Part shown: positions 35,865 through 46,363 of the stretch, piece after piece | Layout: every line of letters starts with the position of its first letter | How positions within the stretch are numbered: position 1 is the first letter of the stretch | NCBI GenBank assembly: GCA_011109175.1 | Contig: RDEW01000093.1 | Coordinates: 1-46,363, forward strand | Reading direction: 5' to 3' | Length of the DNA: 46,363 nucleotides | Source of the DNA: Dicyema japonicum | Taxonomy: Eukaryota > Animalia > Dicyemida | Notes under the pieces: generated by a model | The model's input: the letters and a program-made list of their open reading frames with translations, nothing else | Told to the model about the DNA's origin: nothing | Databases searched by the model: none | Position numbers and translations under genes: made by a program

Positions 35865-36995
35865 TGTTGCCAATTAACAGAATTTATAAAATTTATTTTT
35901 TTATGTTAAAAATATGAATAAAATAAAAATGAAAAATATTATTTGATTAATTATAATTATTTATTTAAATAAAAATAAAAGTAAAGTTTTCAAGAGGTGT
36001 ATTAAAATTACTATTTCTACCTAGAACAGAAAAACGGTAACAAAAATTTATAATGTGAAGTTAATTAAACTTTCCTTGTCTGTAATTTTTGATTTTGTTC
36101 AATTTCTCATGCATGATTGCGAAATTTATTACTATGATTAATCATTAAGACAAACCACCATTTTCCAAATTATCAGAGAAAATGATAATTGACATAAAAC
36201 TTTGTCTATCTATGAATCTTTAGTTCGTCAATTAATTTATATGTGCTAGAAATCCAAGGAAATGAAGAATCTCTATAAAGCGATTTAGACAATTGTCAAG
36301 TTTTCTCACGTTATTTTAAAAGTACAATCTGCCATTGTTTTTAAACATGGTTCATTAAAATAAATGTGATTTAAAAAACCATTATTATAAAATTGGAATA
36401 TTGAATGATAATTAGATGTCAGGTTTTAATCTGGCTCACCTAGGTAATTAATGTGTNTTATAATTATTTATTTAAATAAAAATAAAAGTAAAGTTTTCAA
36501 GAGGTGTATTAAAATTACTATTTCTACCTCGAACAGAAAAACGGTGACAAAAATTTATAATGTGAAGTTAATTAAACTTTCCTTGGCTGTAATTTTTGAT
36601 TTTGTTCAATTTCTCATGCATGATTGCGCAATTTATTACTATGATTAATCATTAAGACAAACCACCATTTTCCAAATTATCAGAGAAAATGATAATTGAC
36701 ATAAAACTTTGTCTATCTATGAATCTTTAGTTCGTCAATTAATTTATATGTGCTAGAAATCCAAGGAAATGAAGAATCTCTATAAAGCGATTTAGACAAT
36801 TGTCAAGTTTTCTCACGTTATTTTAACAAGTACAATCTGCCATTGTTTTTAAACATGGTTTATTAAAATAAAATGTGATTTAAAAAACCATTATTATAAA
36901 ATTGGAATATTGAATGATAATTAGATTTCAGGTTTTAATCTGGCTCACCTAGGTAATTAATGTGTTCTCATTCTAAAATTGATGGTCGATGTTCA

Positions 36996-37271
36996 TGTAT
37001 TCAATACAAGATCTCAATGTTATGTCAATTTAGAGTCTAAAAAAGTTTAAACTTAAAAATTAACATTTAATCAGTTTCAGAAGAACGTAAATAAAAAAAA
37101 CATCTCTGTTCACAAGAGTCTCTAAGTCACGTCTGTATTCAATACAAGATCTCAATGTTATGTCAATTTAGAGTCTAAAAAAGTTTAAACTTAAAAATTA
37201 ACATTTAATCAGTTTCAGAAGAACGTAAATAAAAAAAACATCTCTGTTCACAAGAGTCTCTAAGTCACGTC
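36996..37271. repeat. 138-bp perfect tandem duplication
   Basis: tgtattcaatacaagatc...aagtcacgtc starts at both 36996 and 37134. Confidence 0.9.
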
Positions 37272-37647
37272 GAGATTGCATTCCTAATTTCATTGATGGC
37301 TCACTTACCAACATCTCCGGAGGTTTAGAAAGCGATGTTCAAAGCTGAACACCTATTCAATCTTTCGTTGGCCAGAGTCGGCATTTGACTAGTCAGAATG
37401 GCCAGAAAATAAAAATGGTGGAGCAGTAAGCAAGTTGATGTGCGTCTCGAAAGATCACTACTTAAAAATGAAAAAGTCATCCATTAGTCTCTTCCCAGTA
37501 AATAAGATGCAATCACGACATGACTCAGATTTAATGATACAATCACTAAGTAACCCCCATTTCTGAAAGCAGTAAAAATTTAAATATTTACTATCAAAAA
37601 ACAATATAATTTCAAAAAGAAAAACCAAGCCCAAGTCCAAATAAAGT

Positions 37648-38725
37648 TCAAACTAATCTTCCAGTCCTTCTAGCCACGATCTCATCTTCTTTATCTTGTT
37701 TAATTTCTTCAGTTAAAGAGTTTAATTCATCACTGGTTAATGTCTACGAGTCAAAATGATCACAACTGTCAATTTTTGATCTTTACTCATATATGCCAAC
37801 TCTAAATTGTCCACACTATTGTGGACATTGTCCAAAAGAGCTCTCAGAGTAAATTTCTTGACTTGATGGTCAGAAGAAGCAATTTCTTCGTTGTAATTTT
37901 TTTCCAAAAATTCTAAAACTGAACTGCTGCTTCTCCCAATAGCAGTAGCCTATATGGATTATAGATCCCTACTTTCCACTCGCAGTAATTCCCAGCCGGA
38001 TCCGTCATGTACAAGTGTGGGTGCTCGTTATCGAAGCCCACAATGAGCNTGCCAACTCTAAATTGTCCACACTATTGTGGACATTGTCCAAAAGAGCTCT
38101 CAGAGTAAATTTCTTGACTTGATGGTCAGAAGAAGCAATTTCTTCGTTGTAATTTTTTTCCAAAAATTCTAAAACTGAACTGCTGCTTCTCCCAATAGCA
38201 GTAGCCTATATGGATTATAGATCCCTACTTTCCACTCGCAGTAATTCCCAGCCGGATCCGTCATGTACAAGTGTGGGTCCTCGTTATCAAAGCCCACAAT
38301 GATCATAGAGAAGCCGAAAGGCCTTCTACCGGAAGATCTGGTGAACTTCTGTTTTAAGTCAGCTACGAATCGGGCGAGATTTGACGGCAAAATAGAATCT
38401 TCCATCATCAATCTGTGGCTGAGAGAGTGAATTCGGGCATCCTTGATGACTTTTCTGGCGTCTGCCGTAAGTCCTGCAAAGGCTACAGCTATATGATCGT
38501 CAATTGTTGCAATTTTTCTTACAGTACTTTCGATTTGCAGTTTTCCTGCGACTTTTCTCTCGACTCCCAAAACAATTATGTTTTTACCACAAACACCGAC
38601 CTAGATACAATAAAGATCATTGATACCGCGTTGTTTCCCTTATTTACTGTCTCCTGTGCGTAATCCACCTGAAAAAGCCTTCCGTCGGGTGAAAAAATAG
38701 TGGTTGTTCTGTCATAGTTAGACAT
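37648..38725 (-). CDS. PSMA7: 20S proteasome subunit alpha-4 (PSMA7/Pre6), about 249 aa, 4 exons; about 256 bp artefactually duplicated across n38049
   Basis: Spliced product [33 protein letters not shown]|[49 protein letters not shown]|[19 protein letters not shown]..|TLTSDEL..LV*. Introns 38601-38626 (26 nt), 38206-38228 (23 nt) and 37744-37766 (23 nt), all GT-AG and phase 0. Confidence 0.95.
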
Positions 38726-39149
38726 AACGAGAGAAACACCCAGCACTTAAATGCTTTTATTTTTTTAAATTAAAAAAAAAATTTTTTAACTTTTATTATT
38801 AAATTTCATAATATCTTTGCTGAAAATCAAATTTTCTCGACTAGTTGTGCCGCAATTTTGAGACTTTCGTGATTAGAGATTGTTTTTACATTTTTTGAGA
38901 ATTGACATCGACCTGATCAACGCCCACTTTTTTTTGGAAGATAATTTTTTTACTAATCTATTTGATTCTGTTTTCGAACAAAATTAATATTTGATAAAAC
39001 CAAGTGGTTGATTGATCAGGAGATCGAACTGATTATATTAAATTAACCTGAAGAGGGTGTATGCATGACGGAGGAAACACTTTTGATATTCAGAGATCAG
39101 CTCCAAAAAAATATTTAATTCATTGCGAGTTTTCCACGTCCGAGGAATA

Positions 39150-39800
39150 TTAATACTAGTCTTCTTATTTATGTGGATGACGTAATTGTAATGGACACAT
39201 CCCTAAAATCTTTTATATCTGATAGAAGAATCCGGGAGTATGTAGACCAGATTGAACAATGGTGAAAGGGTTAAAGCTCTCTGCTGAAAAAATGATACTC
39301 ACTCCGAATAAGCAGTGAAGAAGCACCTGAAACAAGAATACGCTCTGAGAGTAAACAATGCACGCAGTCTGCACTACCTGGGGGTCAATTATAAACACGT
39401 AGGAGATTACATGGACGACATGAGGGAGAGGAGAAAGAGAGCTTTTCAGTCGCTCTTATGTACACAAAAGTTACACGTTATCCGTGACACCTAACTATTC
39501 ATCTTCAAGGGAGTTATTCTCCCTAGCCTACGTTATGGGCGCGAGCAGTGGTTCTCTTCTAAGAGGGAGAAAATCTTATCCCTCATTGAGAAGACAAGGA
39601 GAACTGCAATTAAGTTATCCTAAAACAAAAAACTGAGAGACTGTCTAAGCGAGGACGAAGACAAGCTGTTAGAACCGATCAGCAAAATTGTGGAGGATGG
39701 TTTCAGGAGGAGATCAAATATCCAGATCACGTATATAAAACTGGAAGAAACGTTCTGAGAAAATTAAAAAGGAGGAAGGGTTCAGGTGTTGAGTCCAAGC
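39150..39800 (+). mobile_element. Degenerate non-LTR RT fragment (C-terminal half)
   Basis: Motifs LLIYVDDVIV, KGLKLSAEK, LHYLGVNY and VILPSLRYGREQW. Confidence 0.6.
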
Positions 39801-40189
39801 CAAATGGTAGGACTCAGATGTAACAACTTCCAGAAAACTCTTTAACCCTTGTTAATAAATTGTTATTGTTGATAGAACGAAATCTTTCTAATCGGCAGAT
39901 AGTGGTCTAGGAATCGAACTAATAATCGCAACTAGAGAGACAGAACTAATTAATTTTAATTTAATTTTATTAACTATGGAATCACGAGAAAGAGGAAAAT
40001 AGTTATAGACTAATTAATTGATCCTTGTGTCCATACCAGTCCTGTTCCTGCGGTGAGTTTTAGAGTCCTCAATAAATCTCCACAACGGGGAAGGTTTTTT
40101 CTCTTTTTTCTGTTATCACGAGCAGGCGTTCAGATATTATTATTAACCTTAGGCTTACTATTGTAAGCCAAGCAATACAGTCATTACTA

Positions 40190-41670
40190 ATCTAAGGAAG
40201 GAACATCTGCTTGTGCTGACAAAATCCATTTTCCAATACTTTATTACAGGCTACTGCTTCCGAAGAGAGGAGGAGAAGTAGGTCCGCTCTCTTCCATTTT
40301 TGTCCATGTCTTACCTGGAGTCCGCTAGATACTTCAGAACATTTATTTAAATTAAAGAAAATAATGACTTTTCCCCTTTCCAAGGAGAAGCAAAGGTGCT
40401 AAAAATCCCAATCACAGTGGAACAGGTGGAATTAGTGGAAGAGGTGGAATAAACTGAAGAACAACAAGAGTGCTGGGCCGGACAACATAAGCCCTGAGCT
40501 CCTAAAATATAAGCCAAAAAACTTAGCGACAGAATTGCAAAAACCCTAAATGACGTCTTTAATACTAATACCGATCTAGGACTTGGAAATGGATTATTAA
40601 TATCCATACAAAAACCGAACAAATCAAAAGGACCAGTAGAAAATCTCCGCCCGATAATACTTCTGAATTCGATACGGAAGGTGCTGGCAAACATTGCACT
40701 AAGCCGGATAAAGGGTGTGGCAAATCTATACCTACCAGCAAGTCAAAGTGGGTTCCGAAAGGGAGGTTTACGACAGACATCGAATAGAGCAACAGATGGC
40801 GCTGCGCAACGTACCAAAGACTCAATAGCGCAAGAACCGTGAGGATGATGTGGATTTTGTTCACGGGACGTGACCGCACTTTAACACATGCTAGAATATG
40901 CATCTGCGAAGCTTGAGAAATGGGTTCTCAGCGTAAATGTTAACAAAACTGAAATTACGGAAATCAAATGATACTCATGAAAGACGGAGACGTACTAATA
41001 AACTTGGTTTTCTACTAGGAGACGCTGAAGATGTACCGAAGAGGAAAACACTGGCAAATGCGGGAATGTTGAAACTGAAGAAAAGATGGCTAAGGTCCAA
41101 AGGACTTGGAATTGACATCAGATGCAGGCTTTACAAAGCGTTTGTGAAACCGATCCTACTGTATAAGGCTGGGACATAAGGAAGTACCTTCAACCATCTA
41201 TTGAAACTGGATTCGTTCCTATAGAAGGCAACTAAGAAGCTTACTCAGAATGGGCTAGACACGTAGAATATCAGCTACTAATATCTACAACAAGTATATG
41301 TGTTCGTACATCAGCAAGAAAGTGATATATGCCCGGTGGAGGCTATTTGGGCATGTACTAAGAATAACCCGAACGCACCTGCTAACAAAGCGATGGAGGA
41401 TTACAAAAAAACCAAAAAACCCTTTGACAGTTGCAAAAAACCCTTCCGCGGACGACCAAGATCGACACTTCCGACAGCCTTAAACAAAGACTTAAATCGT
41501 GTGAGAAAAAATATAAAAACTGGAAACGACCTTGACGATTAGATATCACTCGGATTCGACAGAGGAAGATGGAAAAGACTAACTATAAATATTGTTTCTT
41601 TGAGAGTTGCACATGCGGGGCTATAATAATTATGGCTTTCGTAAAAGTGCCTTGATAAAAATAATAATAT
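40190..41670 (+). mobile_element. 5'-truncated RTE element with internal deletion
   Basis: Motifs IQKPNKSKGPVENLRPIILLNSIRK, SQSGFRKG, LYKAFVKPILLYKAGT, ARWRLFGHVLR and RGRPRSTLP; terminal stem-loop at 41609-41650 and a (TAA) tail. Confidence 0.87.
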
Positions 41671-42152
41671 TCTGAAGGCAAGATGGAGGCTGTTTGGACA
41701 TATACTTCATCTGGACCTTGGGACCCCGTGGCCATTGAGGATTACTTTACTTTGTTTACTTTGTTTTGGACGCTCCGAGTTTACATGATCGATCTAGGGG
41801 GACCCTACCAACCGTCCTTGATGAAGACCTTAAGGTAATTGGGAGATGCCTCAAAGATGGGAAAGACCTCTACAGTCGTTAGAAATGGCGTAAGTGATGG
41901 AGTTAACTAGTGGTTTGACTTTCGATTGAACTACTCTCGCTTATTGTTAGACATCAGAAAACCATAATAAACAACGAACGTCCTAAAATGGAATCGTTTC
42001 TTACAGTATAATTCCAGTCAGTGTTTTCTGTAGAGACTTCAAGTCACTTGTTCAGTAGTGATATACCCATACGTATATTCAATCATGCAAAATAGAATAG
42101 ACACAACCTACGCTACCTATATTGACAGGAATCTATCCCCATGTGAAAAAGT

Positions 42153-42400
42153 TCTTCATATGAACTGTTCTCAGCATGTACATCTTTGCAATACTTTTTC
42201 TAACGCAATCAGTCGAAAAATCTGTTTGCTCAGCCAATTCAAACGTTGACTTAGTTTCGTAAAGCTTTTTAATTAACTTATACGAAGTTTTGTCAACATT
42301 TGTTAAACCCTGTAAATAACTGTCTATGATGCTTTGACGAGTAACGCCGTCATCAACGAATAGTGCACTGCGGACCTGGTTTCTACGCACAACAAAAAGA
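42153..42400 (-). mobile_element. Tc1-like 5' fragment (copy of about 25900-26240)
   Basis: Reverse-complement identity; NVDKTSYKLIKKLYETKS.FELA..TDFSTDCVRKSIAKMY. Confidence 0.75.
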
Positions 42401-42419
42401 AAAAGTAAGTGAACAGTAC

Positions 42420-42605
42420 CTCTGTTCAATATTTAATTATAAGATTTTTTAAAACTTGGATGCTTTATAAATTAAAAAGAAAGCAACTATTCTCTGCTTT
42501 TAAATTTGTTGAACAAGAAAACATCGTTATAGCCAGAATTAAAAAAATTCAGGTGATCCCGGCCTTCTTCAACAGTCTTTGCATGCTCTGATTTGAAAGA
42601 AATGA
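42420..42605 (+). repeat. Unidentified multicopy element (copy 3), identical context to 21690-21878
   Basis: ctgttcaatatttaattataag...gtctttgcatgctc matches 21690-21870 and leads into the same LTR junction. Confidence 0.75.
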
Positions 42606-42822
42606 CGTCCAAGTGGAACTCCTCAGGAGGGTTGTCGACTAATGTTACTTTTAGGATATTATTTAGGATTATCTGGGGCTATTAGAAATGATGAACCACG
42701 TTATAATTTAGGATTATCTAACAAATCAAAATTCCCCGAAACAAAATGTAAGAGTAGGAACACAAGAAACAACAGAAAAAAATCTTAAAACACTTCCTCC
42801 ACGTGACTTGAGAACCTCAACA
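42606..42822 (+). mobile_element. Solo LTR with non-matching flanks (recombinant)
   Basis: Left flank equals that of the 21879 copy; right flank and diagnostic internal bases equal those of the 45375 copy. Confidence 0.65.
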
Positions 42823-42975
42823 GAGAGTCGAAAACTACACCAAGGATCTTCTGGGTTTGCGTAGAAGGGATGAATGTTTCCGATGGATATCTCACGCAGA
42901 ACATTAAACCTTCTGTCCGTAGTAAATAATGTGAACTGAGACTTGGATGCTGATACACATAACATATTTGCAGGA
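42823..42975 (-). mobile_element. Jockey-like RT fragment (copy of 45584-45730)
   Basis: SKSQFTLFTTDRRF; nucleotide match to 45584-45730. Confidence 0.75.
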
Positions 42976-43039
42976 TGAAATGGAGTTTATCGCTGAAGAA
43001 TCATACTTTCGGATTTTTCCGACCTCCGCCTTGTCTTCC

Positions 43040-43180
43040 GCATAAAAAAGTTATACGGTTTATTTTGCTCTTTAAGTTTAACAGTTGAATTTTATCCAAT
43101 CCTTCCTTAATCACCGAAAAACATTTGCAATCGGATTAAAGTCAGGACTGTAAGGCTGGAGATACAACAGATCCAGATGT
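43040..43180 (-). mobile_element. Tc1/IS630-like DDE C-terminal fragment
   Basis: LDLLYLQPYSPDFNPIANVF. Confidence 0.7.
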
Positions 43181-43388
43181 CTCTTCCCAAGTATGATGCA
43201 ATTTCATCAAACCTGGCATCTACACGAAGGATCATGATCAAAATTCCAAAAGCTGCCCGTGTTCCTGCCGCCGACTGTTTACACGATTGTATTGAAAGGG
43301 AAATTTCTTCGACTGACCCAGTGGATTGGACACGATTATTCTACTTTGCACCATACACGCTATGTATGCCCTGTCAGAAGAGGAAAGA
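43177..43388 (+). mobile_element. CRE-clade element, pre-RT region fragment
   Basis: IKIPKAARVPAADCL..I..WTRLFYFAPYTL resembles the CRE RIPKGAR..AA..L..W..L..F block. Confidence 0.55.
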
Positions 43389-44169
43389 NCCCTTCGAAAA
43401 TGCGAACACACCATATACTCGATATATAGAGTTTTACTTTGCACTTGAGGAAATTTTTATATAATAAATGAATATCGTCTTCAAATATAGTTCGACTCAA
43501 AATTTTAGATTTTTTAAACAGAATCGATAGACAACTGTTAAGTACTACAAATCTGAATGATTTTCGAAAACATGTTGCGTCCTGTGACGATGTTTTTAAA
43601 AAAGAGTAAGAAAGGCTAAAATGACTTTTTTTTCTTTATTGGCTCCCTAATAAAAAATACCTCCAATCGTCTTCACAAGAACAAATCTGAGGTGCAAAAA
43701 ATGTTTGGCGTCGACACAACTGTTTCTCTCATTCTTTCTAACCTAAACTGTGTCCGTATGACCAAAGTTTCTGCGAGTGAATATTTGTAATGAAACAACA
43801 CGAACTGTGTCTTTGGCTTTTCTGAATTAACATTTCTCCATTTTGCCTGCCACCCACGTGAGTTGATATTCACTGATGGAAAGAACATGTCATTAATTGC
43901 AAAAATCCTGATGACGAGGAAATCCGGATCCATAAGCATACTCGATACGCTACTGATTCGTGCATTGCCTGGCTTAGCGCTGCATGGTATGAAGGATTTT
44001 ATGCTCTTCTTTTCTCTGGTTCTCAGATGACCAATCTAATCAAACCAAACTTGCTTGTCTCTTATAAATTTCTAAACATCGTTTTCCCTTTTTGGATAAT
44101 TCGTTCCTCCTTTCACTACTGCTGACGCTCCACGTTTAAGCGAAAATCAATTCTTGTCAAACAGATCCC

Positions 44170-44266
44170 ACCCATGAGACGACGAATCTTTCTGGCTATT
44201 CCCTTTCAGGATGGCGAACAAGATTTCTCAAATAACCACAGCGCTCACGAGGGTCTCCTGTTCGTG
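44170..44266 (-). mobile_element. CRE-clade 3' terminal fragment
   Basis: Reverse complement of acgaacaggagaccctcgtgagcg, also present at about 17055. Confidence 0.65.
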
Positions 44267-44269
44267 NTA

Positions 44270-45230
44270 ACAATGTATATGACTGTCTACAGAGATTACT
44301 AACCCAATTGGATACGCTTGGTTTAAAGCTAAACGCATCCAAATGCGAAATTGTTAATTATGGATTCTCCCGATATGAATGGAATCGGATCCTATTAATG
44401 TTCCGGGGGATTATTCCTAAAATATCGGAAATCGAGCCGGATCATTTGGAAATACTTGGATGCCCTCTGGCTGAAACTGGAATTAACGACACTCTGTTGG
44501 CTAAAGAACAGCAACTAAGAAAAACTTTTTTACGCCTTGGGATGCTGGATGCACATACCTCTTTTTTCTCATGAAAAACGCTTTATCCACGCAGAAATTA
44601 AATTACGTCCTTCGAGGAGCTCCATGTTACCTGAAAATGCAACAACTCGGGACGATTGACNNNNNNNNNNNNNNCTGTTGGCTAAAGAACAGCAACTAAG
44701 AAAAACTTTTTTACGCCTTGGGATGCTGGATGCACATACCTCTCTTTTTCTCATGAAAAACGCTTTATCCACGCAGAAATTAAATTACGTCCTTCGAGGA
44801 GCTCCATGTTACCTGAAAATGCAACAACTCGGGACGATTGACTCCCTATTCCGGTCTACGACCGAACGTATTAGTAATGTCGAATTCGACGAACAAGGAT
44901 GGGAACAAGCAANAACTAAGAAAAACTTTTTTACGCCTTGGGATGCTGGATGCATATAGTTCTCCTTTTCTCATGAAAAACGCTTTATCCACGCAGAAAT
45001 TAAATTACGTCTTTTGAGGAGCTCCATGTTACCTGAAAAATGCAACAACTCGGGGCGATTGACTCCCTATTCCGGTCTACGACCGAACGTATTACTAATG
45101 TCGAATTCGACGAACAAGGATGGGAACAAGCAACCGTGCCCGTCCGCTTTGGTGGACTCGAAATTCTCTCACCATCTGATTTAGCACACCGGCATATCAA
45201 TCCTCATTGGACTCCAATCAGAATTTGATC
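44270..45230 (+). mobile_element. CRE-clade RT-thumb fragment, artefactually triplicated around gaps
   Basis: Motifs LGLKLNASKCEI, ILGCPL, YVLRGAPC and QATVPVRFGGL; overlapping repeats across the N joins near 44661 and 44913. Confidence 0.8.
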
Positions 45231-45239
45231 ATGATGATT

Positions 45240-46363
45240 CTCCAGTTCCCATCAGAGTCGTCAAAGATCGAAGATTTGGTACACCCTTAAGTCAAACAAC
45301 CCGGGCAGAGAGACCTTTATGAGTCTGTCTGCGAGGATAAATACGAGAGGCTTTTTAACCAACACCGACGAGCCTGTCCAAGGGGAACTCCTCAGGAGGG
45401 TTGTCGACTAATGTTACTTTTAGGATATAATTTAGGATTATATCTGGCGCTACCAGAGATGATGAACCACGTTACGCGCGCTAACAATTCAAGATTCTCG
45501 GAAACAAAAGGGAAGAAAAGGAACAGAAGAAATAACAGAAAAAAACTCTTAAAGCACGTCCACGTGACTCGAGAACGTCAACAGAGTCGAAAACTACACC
45601 AAGGATCTTCTGGGTCCGCGTAGAAGGGATGGGAATGTTTCTTATGGGTATCTCAAGCCCTCCTTTAAACCTTCTGTCCGTAGTAAATAATGTGAACTGA
45701 GACTTGGATGCTGACACACATAACATATTTGCAAATAGCCAGTCACAAATTCGGTTTAGGTGTTTTCTGAACAGTTGCTACAGCCATGGAAGGAGATTTA
45801 TTACTTGCAGCAATAATTAGGTCGTCCCCATAGGATAAAAACATAGTGTCCTGGTCATTGGTAGTAGGTAGGTCATGTAGAATTAGGTTGAAAAGGAGAG
45901 GAGATAAAGGGGAGCCTTGCGAGACCCAATTGGGGAGTAGTTTTGATTTTGAAGTGGTTTTGTTAATCCGGACCGTTCTGCGACGTGTACTGAAGAAATT
46001 TTCTAGCCATAGCTTGATGTTTGGGTGTAAGCTCGAATTAAAAATTTTTTTCGTTGAAAGTTTCTTCGGAACAGAATCAAAGCCCCATCTAACTAAGTGA
46101 TCCCAGACTGACAAGGGCATGTCAGAACCGGAATAAAATAAATACATTTGAGACGAACAGACAAGTTTTTTTTTCGAAATATACGGCTGAAAATAAAACG
46201 TGTAAAGACCCTTAGTTAAGAGACCAGGAATGCGTAGATGTTCCCTTTGATCACAACCATTCCTCTGCTTCAACTAAGTCTTTTACAGGGCTCGCATCTT
46301 TTCGTAGCAAGCCTTCATCCGATACTGAAGAGAAATGCGTCCGTCCTCTTTTCCACGGGGCCG
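45240..46363 (-). mobile_element. Jockey-like RT fragment interrupted by a solo LTR
   Basis: Motifs GFDSV, VSQGSPLSPLLFNL, YGDD and KILGVVFDS; weak continuation left of the LTR. Confidence 0.8.
45375..45583 (+). mobile_element. Complete 209-bp solo LTR (TGT...ACA) with 5-bp TSD GAGCC/GAGTC
   Basis: Begins TGTCCAAGGGG and ends GTCAACA; flanked by gagcc and gagtc (4/5 match); internal TATA-like and AATAA motifs; inserted in a LINE RT. Confidence 0.7.

Noticed and set aside
9780-37271. Tandem repeats as CRISPR arrays
   Set aside because: Two-unit duplications with no spacers and no cas genes, in a eukaryotic context.
43673-44100. 88-aa minus-strand ORF, and similar short ORFs at 17150-17600, 24700-25340 and 26950-27330
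   Set aside because: No recognisable domain, and stops flank them; they cannot be supported as genes from sequence alone.
10800-44913. Near-identical duplications on either side of single 'n' characters (n at 21407, 22938, 25048, 33320, 36457, 38049, 44913) and N runs (16605, 44661)
   Set aside because: Classic scaffolder negative-gap artefact: unmerged overlapping contig ends, with mismatches concentrated at the ends. One splits the otherwise intact PSMA7 frame.

Overview
Eukaryotic, AT-rich, repeat-dominated scaffold segment in the standard genetic code. It has two N gaps and many single-'n' joins that flank duplicated contig ends, which are assembly artefacts. I can support only one intact host gene: proteasome alpha-4/PSMA7 (37648-38725, minus), split by three 23-26 nt GT-AG introns. 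There are decayed copies of a CARD-caspase, a PIH1D2-like gene and a two-PDZ NHERF-like gene; the caspase and PIH1D2 copies retain 23-27 nt introns. A caspase plus micro-introns suggests a highly reduced metazoan such as a dicyemid (inference only). The rest is transposon debris: CRE, R4/NeSL-type, RTE and Jockey/I-type non-LTR elements, a ~209-bp solo-LTR family, DD34E Tc1/IS630-like elements, and probable pogo and MULE relics. The most notable unexplained structures are (1) a covarying 3'-terminal RNA stem-loop shared by four divergent RTE ends, (2) a young 36-bp inverted repeat bracketing the PIH1D2 fragment, (3) a solo LTR whose flanks come from two different loci, inside a patchwork region, (4) a series of 115-171 bp tandem duplications plus a 152-bp deletion variant, and (5) TE families that resemble microsporidian ones. 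No CRISPR, rRNA or tRNA was seen. All homology calls come from motif recognition by eye, and most TE boundaries are approximate.
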